A stretch of 64,000 nt of DNA from Thermoproteota archaeon (GTDB lineage: Archaea; Asgardarchaeota; Jordiarchaeia; Jordiarchaeales; Freyrarchaeaceae): assembly GCA_029258835.1 (NCBI GenBank), contig JAPDJY010000030.1:1-64000 (forward strand), read 5' to 3'. The notes under the pieces were generated by a model. The model was not told the origin of the DNA, made no database searches, and saw nothing but the letters and a program-made list of their open reading frames with translations. Within the stretch, counting starts at the first letter, position 1. Each line of letters starts with the position of its first letter. Made by a program: the position numbers and the translations under genes. Positions 1-8,358 of this stretch are shown piece after piece.

Positions 1-127
1 CGAAGGCCCCATTGGGCAAGTTTTTTCAAAAAGATCCTTTCGTGATCATAACTTCATCCTAGGAGGAGGCACGAATACCACTGAATGAAAATCATTCAGC
101 ATGTGAATGATTTTCATTCAGCGAGAC
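1..127 (+). mobile_element. Structured non-coding insert (3' part only), possibly an IS200/IS605-type right end, abutting a truncated CCG-domain gene
   Basis: Perfect 18-bp inverted repeat (81-98/104-121). All three + frames hit stops before position 90. Partial similarity to the element at 17724-17880. The 5' end is outside the window. Confidence 0.35.
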
Positions 128-444
128 AGCCTCCACGTAAGACACTAGAAAGCATTCCTGGAGTAAAGCTTGTAGAACTTGAGGACAGCCGGGAGCTTTC
201 ACCTTGCTGCGGTGGTCCAGTGAGGATTCCATATTCTTGGATAAGAGACGAGCTTTCGTCTAAGATAATTCGGCTAGCCGCTGAGGTGGGCGCAGAATAC
301 GTGGCAACGGCATGCCCCACCTGTTTCCATAATCTTTACTCTGCATCCATGCTTTCAGAATACAATGTTAAGGCTGTAATGGTCGACGAGTTAGTTAGCT
401 TTGCTGCCGGAGTAACAAGTAAGATCCCCCTATATGAGCCTTAA
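128..444 (+). pseudogene. C-terminal fragment of a CCG-domain (Fe-S)-binding protein (HdrD/GlpC-like); the N-terminal part is separated by an insert or lies outside the window
   Basis: PPRKTLESIPGVKLVEL...PCCGG...TACPTCFHNL is the second half of a CCG domain. The upstream HDPCHLGR motif is absent in all + frames, and the ORF-track start (85) lies inside a hairpin. Confidence 0.7.
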
Positions 445-582
445 TATGCGCCTTAACATGGAGAGACGTTGGCGAAAGTGGTGTTGCAATGACGCTGCTT
501 AATTAACGCTACGCTTATATATTCCCTGAGTTTGGAGAGTCCTGTCGATGCTTCCCGAAAAACTTTGAGTGAAGGTGTGCAT

Positions 583-1836
583 ATGGGAAAGACGCTCGCT
601 GAAAAAATACTTAGCCTCGCCTCCAACAGCGACGTGTATAAAGGAGACATAGTGGTAGTCGAAGTAGACTTCGCTATGGCACAGGATGGAACGGCTCCCC
701 TAACTATTGAAGCGCTTGAAAGGATGGGCGTTGAAAAGGTTTGGAACCCAGAAAAGATAGTGTTGGTTATAGACCATAACGCTCCAAGCCCAAATGAAGG
801 CGTGTCAAGGATCCATAAGTTAATGAGGGAGTGGGCTGTCAGCCAGGGTGTAACGCTTTACGACGTTGGCGAAGGCGTTTGCCATCAATTAATGGTTGAA
901 CGTGGACATGTAAAGCCAGGAAGTGTTGTGCTTGGGGCAGACAGCCATACGTGCACGTACGGTGCACTAGGAGCTCTTGCAACAGGCATCGGCTCGACCG
1001 AGATGGCCGCAGTGTTTGCATGTGGACAGCTTTGGCTGCGGGTTCCGGAATCGCTTCTTATAAGCGTTGATGGAAAGCTTCCAAAAAGCGTATACGCAAA
1101 GGACCTTGCCTTAACAGTCATCGGCAAGATCGGAGCTGATGGAGCAACTTACATGGCTGTGGAGTACACTGGGGAAGCCATAAGCGAGCTAAGCGTGGAA
1201 GGAAGATTAACCCTTTGCAATATGGCGGTGGAGATGGGAGGTAAAACGGGGTTAATCGCTCCTGACGAGAAAGTTGTAGCTTTCCTTAACGAGTGTGGAG
1301 TACCTCAGAACTATCCCCTATTAAAAAGCGATGAAGATGCCGAGTTTAGCGCTAAGCTCGAATTGGATGCCAGCGACGTGGTGCCCGTCGTTGCGTGCCC
1401 TCACTCCGTCGATAACGTTAAGCCGGTATCAGACGTGGCGGGGGTGCCCGTGGATCAAGTTTTCATCGGAACCTGCACGAATGGGAGGATAGAGGACTTA
1501 AGAGTGGCTGGAAGAGTAATGAAGGGTAGAAAGGTTAGGGCGAGAACGATAATTGTTCCCGCCTCTAGGAACGTGTATCTTAAGGCTTTAAGGGAAGGCT
1601 TAATCGAAATATTTACCGAGGCAGGTGCAACCGTCTGCAACCCTGGATGCGGGCCGTGCGTCGGAACCCATCAGGGGATCCCCTCACCAGGAGATGTTGT
1701 GGTCTCAACAGCTAACAGAAACTTTAAAGGAAGAATGGGGTGTGATGAAGCTGAAATATACCTTGCTTCGCCTCACACGGCAGCTCTCGCCGCAGTGACC
1801 GGCGAGATAAGAGATCCGCGGGAGGATGCATCATGA
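583..1836 (+). CDS. leuC: 3-isopropylmalate dehydratase / homoaconitase large subunit
   Basis: GKTLAEKIL start; DHNAP, GADSHTCT, GTCTNGR, CGPCVG and TANRNFKGRMG aconitase-family motifs. ATG at 583 follows GAAGGTG. The leu versus hac specificity cannot be resolved. Confidence 0.9.
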   Translation: MGKTLAEKILSLASNSDVYKGDIVVVEVDFAMAQDGTAPLTIEALERMGVEKVWNPEKIVLVIDHNAPSPNEGVSRIHKLMREWAVSQGVTLYDVGEGVCHQLMVERGHVKPGSVVLGADSHTCTYGALGALATGIGSTEMAAVFACGQLWLRVPESLLISVDGKLPKSVYAKDLALTVIGKIGADGATYMAVEYTGEAISELSVEGRLTLCNMAVEMGGKTGLIAPDEKVVAFLNECGVPQNYPLLKSDEDAEFSAKLELDASDVVPVVACPHSVDNVKPVSDVAGVPVDQVFIGTCTNGRIEDLRVAGRVMKGRKVRARTIIVPASRNVYLKALREGLIEIFTEAGATVCNPGCGPCVGTHQGIPSPGDVVVSTANRNFKGRMGCDEAEIYLASPHTAALAAVTGEIRDPREDAS

Positions 1837-2366
1837 TCAAAGGTAGGGTTTGGAAGTTCCCCGACAACGTGAACACTGACTATATAATACCCGGCATGTG
1901 ACCGCTCTAGGCGGCGCCCGGAAAGTATAAGTTTAAGACGTTGAACATGGACGAATTAGCTAAACATGCCATGGAAGGCATCGACCCGGATTTTTCCAAG
2001 AAAGTCCAGAAAGGTGATATAATCGTCGCTGGGAAAAACTTTGGCTGCGGGTCGAGCAGGGAGCAAGCCCCCCTAGTTCTTAAGCATGCAGGAGTTTCCT
2101 TGGTCATTGCGGAAAGCTTTGCACGTATATTTTACCGTAACGCCTTCAACATAGGCCTCCCCCTTTTAATATGTAAAGAAGCCGTTGAGAATGTAGATGG
2201 AGGGGACATTTTAGAAGTCGACCTAACCACGGGGCGCATCACCAACTTAAGCAAGGGTAAAGAGTTTTATGCAAACCCGATCCCCGACTTCTTAATGGAG
2301 ATCGTTAAGGAAGGCGGCCTCTCAGAATACTACAAAAAGCATGGGCGGTTTCCATGGCAAAAGTAG
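1833..2366 (+). CDS. leuD: 3-isopropylmalate dehydratase small subunit, intron-containing: join(1833..1896,1924..2366), 168 aa
   Basis: ATGA overlap with the leuC stop. Reads [21 protein letters not shown]|KYKFKTL...[11 protein letters not shown]...[16 protein letters not shown]. The frame is blocked only by TGA and TAG inside a 27-nt BHB insert. Confidence 0.9.
1897..1923 (+). other. Predicted bulge-helix-bulge (BHB) intron in leuD mRNA (27 nt)
   Basis: ATAC|CCGG|CA^T|GTGACCGC-TCTAG-GCGGCGC|CCGG|AA^A|GTAT gives an exon helix, a 4-bp central helix, two 3-nt bulges and an intron hairpin. Splicing yields ATA CCC GGC AAG TAT (IPGKY). Confidence 0.85.
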
Positions 2367-3358
2367 GCTATATTGAAGGCGACGGAATAGGACATGAAAT
2401 CGTACCAGCAGCTATAAGAATTCTTAAAGAGGTAGCTCCACAGATAGAATTTATCCCGATTGAGGCCGGCTACGACTACATGAAAAGAACCGGCGCAAAT
2501 GTTCTCATACCTCCAGACTCGATCGAGGTTGCCGCATCATGCGACGCATTACTTAAAGGACCGACTACTACGCCGCCAGGACCAGGAATTCCGAAGGGCG
2601 TCGCCGTCGTTTTAAGGCAAGCATTAGACCTGTACGTGAACTTACGTCCCTTTCAGTACCCTAATAGGATGGACTTGATAATCGTAAGGGAAAACACTGA
2701 AGGTCTCTATAAGGGAATTGAGCACAGACTTACACCCAATGTTGCAATAGGTGTCAGGGTGATCACTAAGTTCAACTCTCAAAGGATCGCAGAGTATGCA
2801 TACCGGATGGCAAGCCAGAAGAAAAGGAAAAAGATAACGATAGTTCACAAGGCAAACGTTATGAAGGAAACCTGTGGCCTCTTTAGGGAAACGTGCCTAA
2901 GCGTTGCGTCAAAACACCCTAAACTGGAAACTGAGGAGATGCATGTGGACACCGCAGCCATGAACCTTGTCCTAAACCCCAAACGCTTCGATGTAATACT
3001 TACAACCAATATGTTCGGGGACATACTTTCAGACCTATGCGCTGGAATCGTTGGAAGCATAGGGCTCTGCCCGTCAGCCAACATAGGCGATAAACATGCA
3101 ATGTTTGAAGCCATTCACGGTAGTGCACCAGACATTGCAGGAAAAGGAATAGCGAATCCTACTGGGATAATCCTCGCCGCAGCCCTTATGTTAGATTATT
3201 TAGGTTACGTGAACGAGGCGGAAATGCTACGTAAGGCAACTCTGAATGTAGTAAATGAAGGTGTAAAGGTCACGCCAGACCTAGGCGGAACCGCGTCAAC
3301 AGAAGAAATGACGGGAGAAATACTGAAGAAATTACGTGAAATCCTTTCGCAACGATAA
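2354..3358 (+). CDS. leuB: Isocitrate/isopropylmalate dehydrogenase family protein (3-IPM or homoisocitrate dehydrogenase)
   Basis: [29 protein letters not shown] and [18 protein letters not shown] motifs; in an operon with leuCD. Confidence 0.85.
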   Translation: MAKVGYIEGDGIGHEIVPAAIRILKEVAPQIEFIPIEAGYDYMKRTGANVLIPPDSIEVAASCDALLKGPTTTPPGPGIPKGVAVVLRQALDLYVNLRPFQYPNRMDLIIVRENTEGLYKGIEHRLTPNVAIGVRVITKFNSQRIAEYAYRMASQKKRKKITIVHKANVMKETCGLFRETCLSVASKHPKLETEEMHVDTAAMNLVLNPKRFDVILTTNMFGDILSDLCAGIVGSIGLCPSANIGDKHAMFEAIHGSAPDIAGKGIANPTGIILAAALMLDYLGYVNEAEMLRKATLNVVNEGVKVTPDLGGTASTEEMTGEILKKLREILSQR

Positions 3359-3400
3359 AGATGCAGTTAATAATGAATGATGTTGGTGCGGCCGCCGGGA

Positions 3401-3426
3401 TGTTCGCCAGCTCAAACCTCGCTGGC
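3401..3426 (-). other. 26-nt BHB tRNA intron at T-loop position 59/60
   Basis: CCGGG|TTCG|AA^G|CCAGC-loop-GCTGG|CGAA|CA^T|CCCGG is a strict BHB; splicing restores GGGTTCGAATCCC. Confidence 0.9.
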
Positions 3427-3465
3427 TTCGAACCCGGGTCTCAGGCTTGGAGGGCCTGGATCCTA

Positions 3466-3483
3466 TTCCAGCCCAGAACTGGC
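3466..3483 (-). other. 18-nt relaxed-BHB tRNA intron in the D-loop
   Basis: CTGG|AC^G...CTGG|AA^T with a central helix containing two G-U pairs. Removal gives the typical D-loop AGTCTGGACTA. Exact boundaries are less certain. Confidence 0.7.
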
Positions 3484-3584
3484 GTCCAGACTAGACTACG
3501 GCCGCCGCACCTTTAAGCTGTCATCATTTTCTCAACACTTATTTTTATTGTTTTTGCTTTGCCTCCCCTCGAAGGGGGCTTGAA

Positions 3585-4832
3585 CTAGAAAAGCATTACA
3601 CGCTGCTCGAGGATCAGCTTCGTTATGTTTGTCACATTCAATATTTCTTCCTCAGCTATCGCTCTTGCTTCTTCTCTTATGTTGTTCCATGATGCTGTTC
3701 CGTCAACTACCAGCTGGAGGTTAACTAATGGAGGGTCATCTATTCTTCTTCCTATTTGGCCTAAAACGTAAACGTAGGCCTCCTGCACATAATCGACTTC
3801 TACTGCTATTCTGTTTGCTATTGCGTTAGCTAACACGTTATATATTTTCCCGATGTGGCTGTGCGGGTTTTTACCGGCGGTTGCCTCCATACTCATGGGT
3901 CTGTTAGGCGTTATTAAGCCATTACATCTATTTCCTCTCCCAACCTGTCCGTCGTCTCCGCTTTCCGCCGATGTTCCTGTTAACGTAAGATAGTAAATGC
4001 CTTTCTCGTAGTTGTCTCCCATGTTGACTTTCACCTCTACGTCCTTACTTGTAAGGGTTAACGCCAAGTCGCATAGTTCATCCTCTAACTGTTCTTTGAC
4101 GCTTACGTAATGTTCCTTGTCCGGTGTGAGAGATGCCACTATAGCAGCTGCAACGGTGAGAGTGATCTTATTCCTCTCTCTAAATCCCATTATTTTTACA
4201 TCCTCACCGACTTCTGGTAGCTTCCTCTTAAACGCGTCTGAATTGAGAAGCTTCTCTCCTTCTAAAACAAGTCTCTCAGTTTCTGTGAGCGGGGCAAACC
4301 CGACGCCTAGGCTAGTATCATTTGAAAGAGGAACAACCCCGTTTTTCGTTTTTCCCTTCTCGTCGACTATTCTCCGTAAGTCTGTGGATCCTAAGCGCAA
4401 CACGGGCTTGATAACTAAGTGCTTGTTTACGTCTAGGAATCTAAGACGGCGGTTAAATTCTTCCTTAACAGTTTCTATAGCGATCTCCTCAGCCGGTATC
4501 CTTCTTACACCTTCTCTCGCAGACACTTCGGTTGTCACCCTTCCTGCAATAAAAAACATTATTGGTTCCAGTATTTCTCCTCCACCAAAGTCAACCTTCG
4601 CCCTCCCACCAACTAGAAGCGCTTTGTCTACGTTATAGTGGAGTATTCTGCCAAATTCTTCTTGGTAGTACTTTGCAAGCTTCACACTTACTGCTTCAGC
4701 AGCATAATCACATAAGCTATCAGGATGCCCGACTCCCTTCCTTTCGACTATTTCTACCTCCAACCCTTCAACAGGCTGATTATAGAGCCTACTAACTTTA
4801 ATGTTTACCATTGTATTTTTCCTCTCCGTCAA
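3585..4832 (-). CDS. mat: Archaeal-type S-adenosylmethionine synthetase
   Basis: [40 protein letters not shown] and [13 protein letters not shown] motifs. Confidence 0.95.
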   Translation of the reverse strand: MTERKNTMVNIKVSRLYNQPVEGLEVEIVERKGVGHPDSLCDYAAEAVSVKLAKYYQEEFGRILHYNVDKALLVGGRAKVDFGGGEILEPIMFFIAGRVTTEVSAREGVRRIPAEEIAIETVKEEFNRRLRFLDVNKHLVIKPVLRLGSTDLRRIVDEKGKTKNGVVPLSNDTSLGVGFAPLTETERLVLEGEKLLNSDAFKRKLPEVGEDVKIMGFRERNKITLTVAAAIVASLTPDKEHYVSVKEQLEDELCDLALTLTSKDVEVKVNMGDNYEKGIYYLTLTGTSAESGDDGQVGRGNRCNGLITPNRPMSMEATAGKNPHSHIGKIYNVLANAIANRIAVEVDYVQEAYVYVLGQIGRRIDDPPLVNLQLVVDGTASWNNIREEARAIAEEEILNVTNITKLILEQRVMLF

Positions 4833-5072
4833 CTCTCACTAAAAACATGTTTTCCCTCAAGTAGTTCTTAGATCAAAATCTTCTAGTTGGAATTTAACTT
4901 TAACTTTTGATGTCTCTTAGGCGAGTCTCGGCCTTCTCTCGGTAAATGTACACTTCTCTCCTTTAATTTACAAGGAAATATAAAACACGTTGCCTGTGCG
5001 AATAGTAATTTTTAAATATAATTGTCGTTCGTTTAATGTATCGCTTTCCGACATATTCGTTGAGATGATATT

Positions 5073-5732
5073 ATGGCCTTTAAGCACTATGTGAAGGCAA
5101 TAGTTATTGCTGTAATTTTTTCCTTAATCGTTTACTTGTGTGCTTTTCATAGCAGTCCTGTTTATGCTCAGCCTGTAAGACATACTTATTGCTTTCCTGA
5201 CGCTGATGGGAGTAGGGTCGACTTTAATGTAACACTAGACACTGGCATTCTCATTGAAGGGGGTATTAGTTTTTGGTCCTTAACCATAACTGCTTCTACT
5301 AACGATTTTACTATGGTTAAAGGCATTATTCTGAGGGGGGTTGAAAACGGAACAAAGATTTCTAGGGGGGTGCTTCTCCCCGTTTCTAACGCTTTTTCAT
5401 CAGACGTTCTCTTTAACATTACACCTTTAGGTATAATGCCTCTTTATCTTTCCGAAACGTTGATTATCTGGCAAGATGTCGCTGGCTTTCCTAATTCTTT
5501 CTCATTCGACTTAGTTGTAACGGTTGAATACGTGAATGGAACTATGAAGGATGTTCATCTTAAGTCGGATAGTGCGGTGCTAACTTTTATTTTGCCCAAC
5601 CCTAGTAAGAGCCCCCCAGAAGCCATTAACTTTATGGCTACCTGCTACCTTTCCGCCTTTCTGCTTCCCTTAACCGTTGCCGTTATTAACATGCTTGTTA
5701 AGAGAAGCTTCAGGAGGGTAAAAGTTGGGTAG
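5073..5732 (+). CDS. Hypothetical exported/membrane-anchored protein
   Basis: N-terminal signal-like hydrophobic segment and C-terminal TM helix; first gene of the ABC cluster. Confidence 0.65.
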   Translation: MAFKHYVKAIVIAVIFSLIVYLCAFHSSPVYAQPVRHTYCFPDADGSRVDFNVTLDTGILIEGGISFWSLTITASTNDFTMVKGIILRGVENGTKISRGVLLPVSNAFSSDVLFNITPLGIMPLYLSETLIIWQDVAGFPNSFSFDLVVTVEYVNGTMKDVHLKSDSAVLTFILPNPSKSPPEAINFMATCYLSAFLLPLTVAVINMLVKRSFRRVKVG

Positions 5733-6420
5733 TGCCAGCGGGAGACTCAAGACAGTGCTGGGACTCATTGTGGTTTTAACTACTGTGACTTCTCTCTGCA
5801 TGTGGGTTTACTTTTCACCCCAATCCCCCCCTACCTTCCCCAACACTCCTTTCATACTTTCATATTTAAAGGAGCAATATACTGTTTGCGATAATGGAAC
5901 TGCCAAGCTTAGCTCGACTTCACTCGTAACAGTATGGTTTGCCTCTTACAGGAACGCTAGCTCCGTCGTCCTCCTCGTAAGAGACGGGTTAAGTGTTCCT
6001 CAACGAGTTGAGGTGAACCTGTTTACAAGGGAAACGAACGTTTCTAAAGGTGGTTTAAAGTGGTGGATCTATCCATCACCTCCTCTAGGATCCATGGTTG
6101 ATATTGGTGGAAACCCTCACGTGGCGGTCAGTAAGAGTGAGGAATCAGTTCAACAACTTGTAAGGGACACCGTTATCTTCCTTCACATTGATGAAGAGAA
6201 CATTTCAGTTGCGAAGTATGATGGTAAAAGTGGCTTCTTAGTTAACTTAAAGGTTAGGCATGGAGATTCCATCTGTATTTACCGTTTACAATCGGTTCTC
6301 GGAGCCCAGCTAAGCATTTCGAGAAGCTACTATCTCAGGGCTGTTTTGCTATGTAGTTTAATTCCGTCCCTCGTCGTGTTCCTTTTTTCGATACCAAGAA
6401 TTAGGAGGAAGGCGGCTTGA
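5725..6420 (+). CDS. Hypothetical membrane-anchored protein
   Basis: N- and C-terminal TM helices; overlaps both neighbours. Confidence 0.65.
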   Translation: MGSASGRLKTVLGLIVVLTTVTSLCMWVYFSPQSPPTFPNTPFILSYLKEQYTVCDNGTAKLSSTSLVTVWFASYRNASSVVLLVRDGLSVPQRVEVNLFTRETNVSKGGLKWWIYPSPPLGSMVDIGGNPHVAVSKSEESVQQLVRDTVIFLHIDEENISVAKYDGKSGFLVNLKVRHGDSICIYRLQSVLGAQLSISRSYYLRAVLLCSLIPSLVVFLFSIPRIRRKAA

Positions 6421-7358
6421 ATGCTGTGGCTATACGTGGTCTCAGAAAGGTTTTCGGTCGCTTCGTCGCTTTGCACGAGGTAAACCTTGAAGTCCCTGAG
6501 GGAGTATGCTTTGGTTTTTTAGGTCCTAACGGATCAGGGAAGACTACTACGATAAAAATCATACTTGGACTGTTAGAACCCGATGGTGGCGAAGTCTACG
6601 TGTTTGGTAGAAAAGCTGGTAGCTACGAAGTTAGGAGGAGGATAGGTTACCTGCCTGAAAGAATAGAGTACCACAATCATGTTTTATGTGTAGACTTCTT
6701 AAAGTATGTTGGAATTCTCAACCATATGAAACCATCTAAAGCTGAAAGAACTGCCAGAGACATCCTTGTATGGGTCGGCCTTGAAGGGTGGGAAGACCAG
6801 CCAATAGGGACGCTAAGCGCTGGCATGAAGCAGAGGCTTGGCCTCGCTCAGGCGTTAATGGGCGATCCTGATCTGATAATTCTCGACGAGCCTACATCAA
6901 ATTTGGATCCGATAGGGAGAAAAGAAATTTTAGATAAAGTTAAGGAGCTTGCCAGCGAAGGAAAGACTATTTTCTTTTCGAGCCACATCCTTTCAGAGGT
7001 TGAAACTGTAAGCGACTATGTCGGAATAATATTCCATGGTAGGACCATTAAGCAAGGCCGCCTCCACGATATAAAGCGAGAGTTGACCCGCAGGAAGGCG
7101 GAAAAGTACGAGCTGGTGGTTGACAAGACAAGTGAGGTGCTTTCCATTCTAACCGAAAAAGGCGTGGAAGCACACGCTGAGGGCGACCATATAATAATGT
7201 TCACCTCGAATCCTGAGTTTCTTGAAAGGCTTATCCCTAAGGTCTTAGTTGACGCTGACGCTCAGCTAATGAAGTTTACCCCTGTCGGTGACACCCTCCA
7301 AGAAGTCTTCCTACAGTTAGTTTCAGAAGTTTCTTTGGAGGAGGGGGAAAGTGGTTGA
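6417..7358 (+). CDS. ABC-2 type transporter ATP-binding protein
   Basis: Walker A GPNGSGKT, signature LSAGMKQR, Walker B ILDEP, H-loop SSH. Confidence 0.93.
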   Translation: MNAVAIRGLRKVFGRFVALHEVNLEVPEGVCFGFLGPNGSGKTTTIKIILGLLEPDGGEVYVFGRKAGSYEVRRRIGYLPERIEYHNHVLCVDFLKYVGILNHMKPSKAERTARDILVWVGLEGWEDQPIGTLSAGMKQRLGLAQALMGDPDLIILDEPTSNLDPIGRKEILDKVKELASEGKTIFFSSHILSEVETVSDYVGIIFHGRTIKQGRLHDIKRELTRRKAEKYELVVDKTSEVLSILTEKGVEAHAEGDHIIMFTSNPEFLERLIPKVLVDADAQLMKFTPVGDTLQEVFLQLVSEVSLEEGESG

Positions 7359-8358
7359 AGAAACCTTGGTAAAAAGGGTTAGCACGGTCCTTTCACAGAG
7401 CTTCTATATGATCGTGGAAGAAGTCAAGTCTATTTACAAAACTAAAACTTTCGTAGTATTTGCAGTACTGATGTTTCTCCCTGTCCAATTGATTTTGGTA
7501 TCTTATGCAACCAGCCAGTACCCCCAGCTCCTCTTTGAGGTAGAGAAAGCTTTTTTCTTAAACGGTATACTCGAGGAAGGAGCGATAGACGTATTCAGCG
7601 ACGCTTTCGCCTCAGCTATGGGTATTCTGATAATACGTAGAGGCCCCATCCGAGCTAGCCTAGGGGCTACAACATACTACATTAATATACCCATAATAGC
7701 TATAGTTACCCTCCTTACATGCGGCCTTGTTGCAGCTGAAAGGGAGAAGGGAACCCTTCCTGTTTACGTGTCAAAGCCTGTTTACAGGACACAGCTCGTC
7801 CTAACCAAGTTTGCAGCCTTCGCCTTGGTGAGCTTTGCCCTCACGGCTTTAGCATACTCAACAGTTTACTTTACATATGCCTTAACTCTTTTAGGACCCT
7901 TAGGCATGCTCTTTACAGGACTGCCGGAAACCATAAACACGCTACTAGTTTTGATCTTCTTTACTTGGATTTTTATCCTCGACATAGGCGCGATAACCTC
8001 TCTCTTTTCCTCAATAATAGATAGATCCATCCTTGCCGGTGTAACCTCGCTGATAATCCTACTCCTACTATCAATCCTACCCAACATACTCGTAATATTC
8101 GCTGGGGTAGGAATCGCATCATTCACGAAATACTTCAATATTCCGGACCTAATCAATCAACTCATAGACTTTTACTCGCTTGGGTTCGTAGAGTACTACC
8201 AGAATATGTGGCTCATAATAAAGCAGACTGGTTTCTTCTCGCAAATAATCATCTCAAGAATGATTGACCCCGGAACCGCCCTAATCATCGTAATTCTCTT
8301 AATAGTTATACCTCTAATATCGGCATGTTTAATAACAGAGAAAAGAGAAGTGAAGTGA
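7351..8358 (+). CDS. ABC-2 type transporter permease
   Basis: Multiple TM helices; AAEREKGTL...SKPVYR...KF motif. Confidence 0.88.
   Translation: MVEETLVKRVSTVLSQSFYMIVEEVKSIYKTKTFVVFAVLMFLPVQLILVSYATSQYPQLLFEVEKAFFLNGILEEGAIDVFSDAFASAMGILIIRRGPIRASLGATTYYINIPIIAIVTLLTCGLVAAEREKGTLPVYVSKPVYRTQLVLTKFAAFALVSFALTALAYSTVYFTYALTLLGPLGMLFTGLPETINTLLVLIFFTWIFILDIGAITSLFSSIIDRSILAGVTSLIILLLLSILPNILVIFAGVGIASFTKYFNIPDLINQLIDFYSLGFVEYYQNMWLIIKQTGFFSQIIISRMIDPGTALIIVILLIVIPLISACLITEKREVK

Larger units (their letters stand above)
3384..3505 (-). tRNA. tRNA-Gly(TCC), CCA-encoded, with two non-canonical introns (D-loop, + coordinates 3466-3483; T-loop 59/60, + coordinates 3401-3426)
   Basis: The mature sequence GCGGCCGTAGTCTAGTCTGGACTAGGATCCAGGCCCTCCAAGCCTGAGACCCGGGTTCGAATCCCGGCGGCCGCACCA folds as a cloverleaf once both inserts are removed. 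Confidence 0.92.

Noticed and set aside
65-134. Self-contained BHB intron formed by GGAGGC/GCCTCC around the 18-bp hairpin
   Set aside because: The internal loop is 10x7 nt with no 4-bp central helix, and no upstream frame encodes the missing CCG motif.
1896-1916. Selenocysteine/pyrrolysine read-through of the in-frame TGA and TAG in leuD
   Set aside because: It would need two different recoding events and would insert 9 residues into a conserved motif. BHB excision explains the sequence exactly.
1941-2366. ORF-track 141-aa LeuD starting at TTG 1941
   Set aside because: It lacks the conserved N-terminal GRVWKF..NTD.IIP segment, which is present in frame upstream from 1833.
3377-3583. 68-aa ORF
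   Set aside because: It is antisense to the tRNA-Gly gene and spurious.
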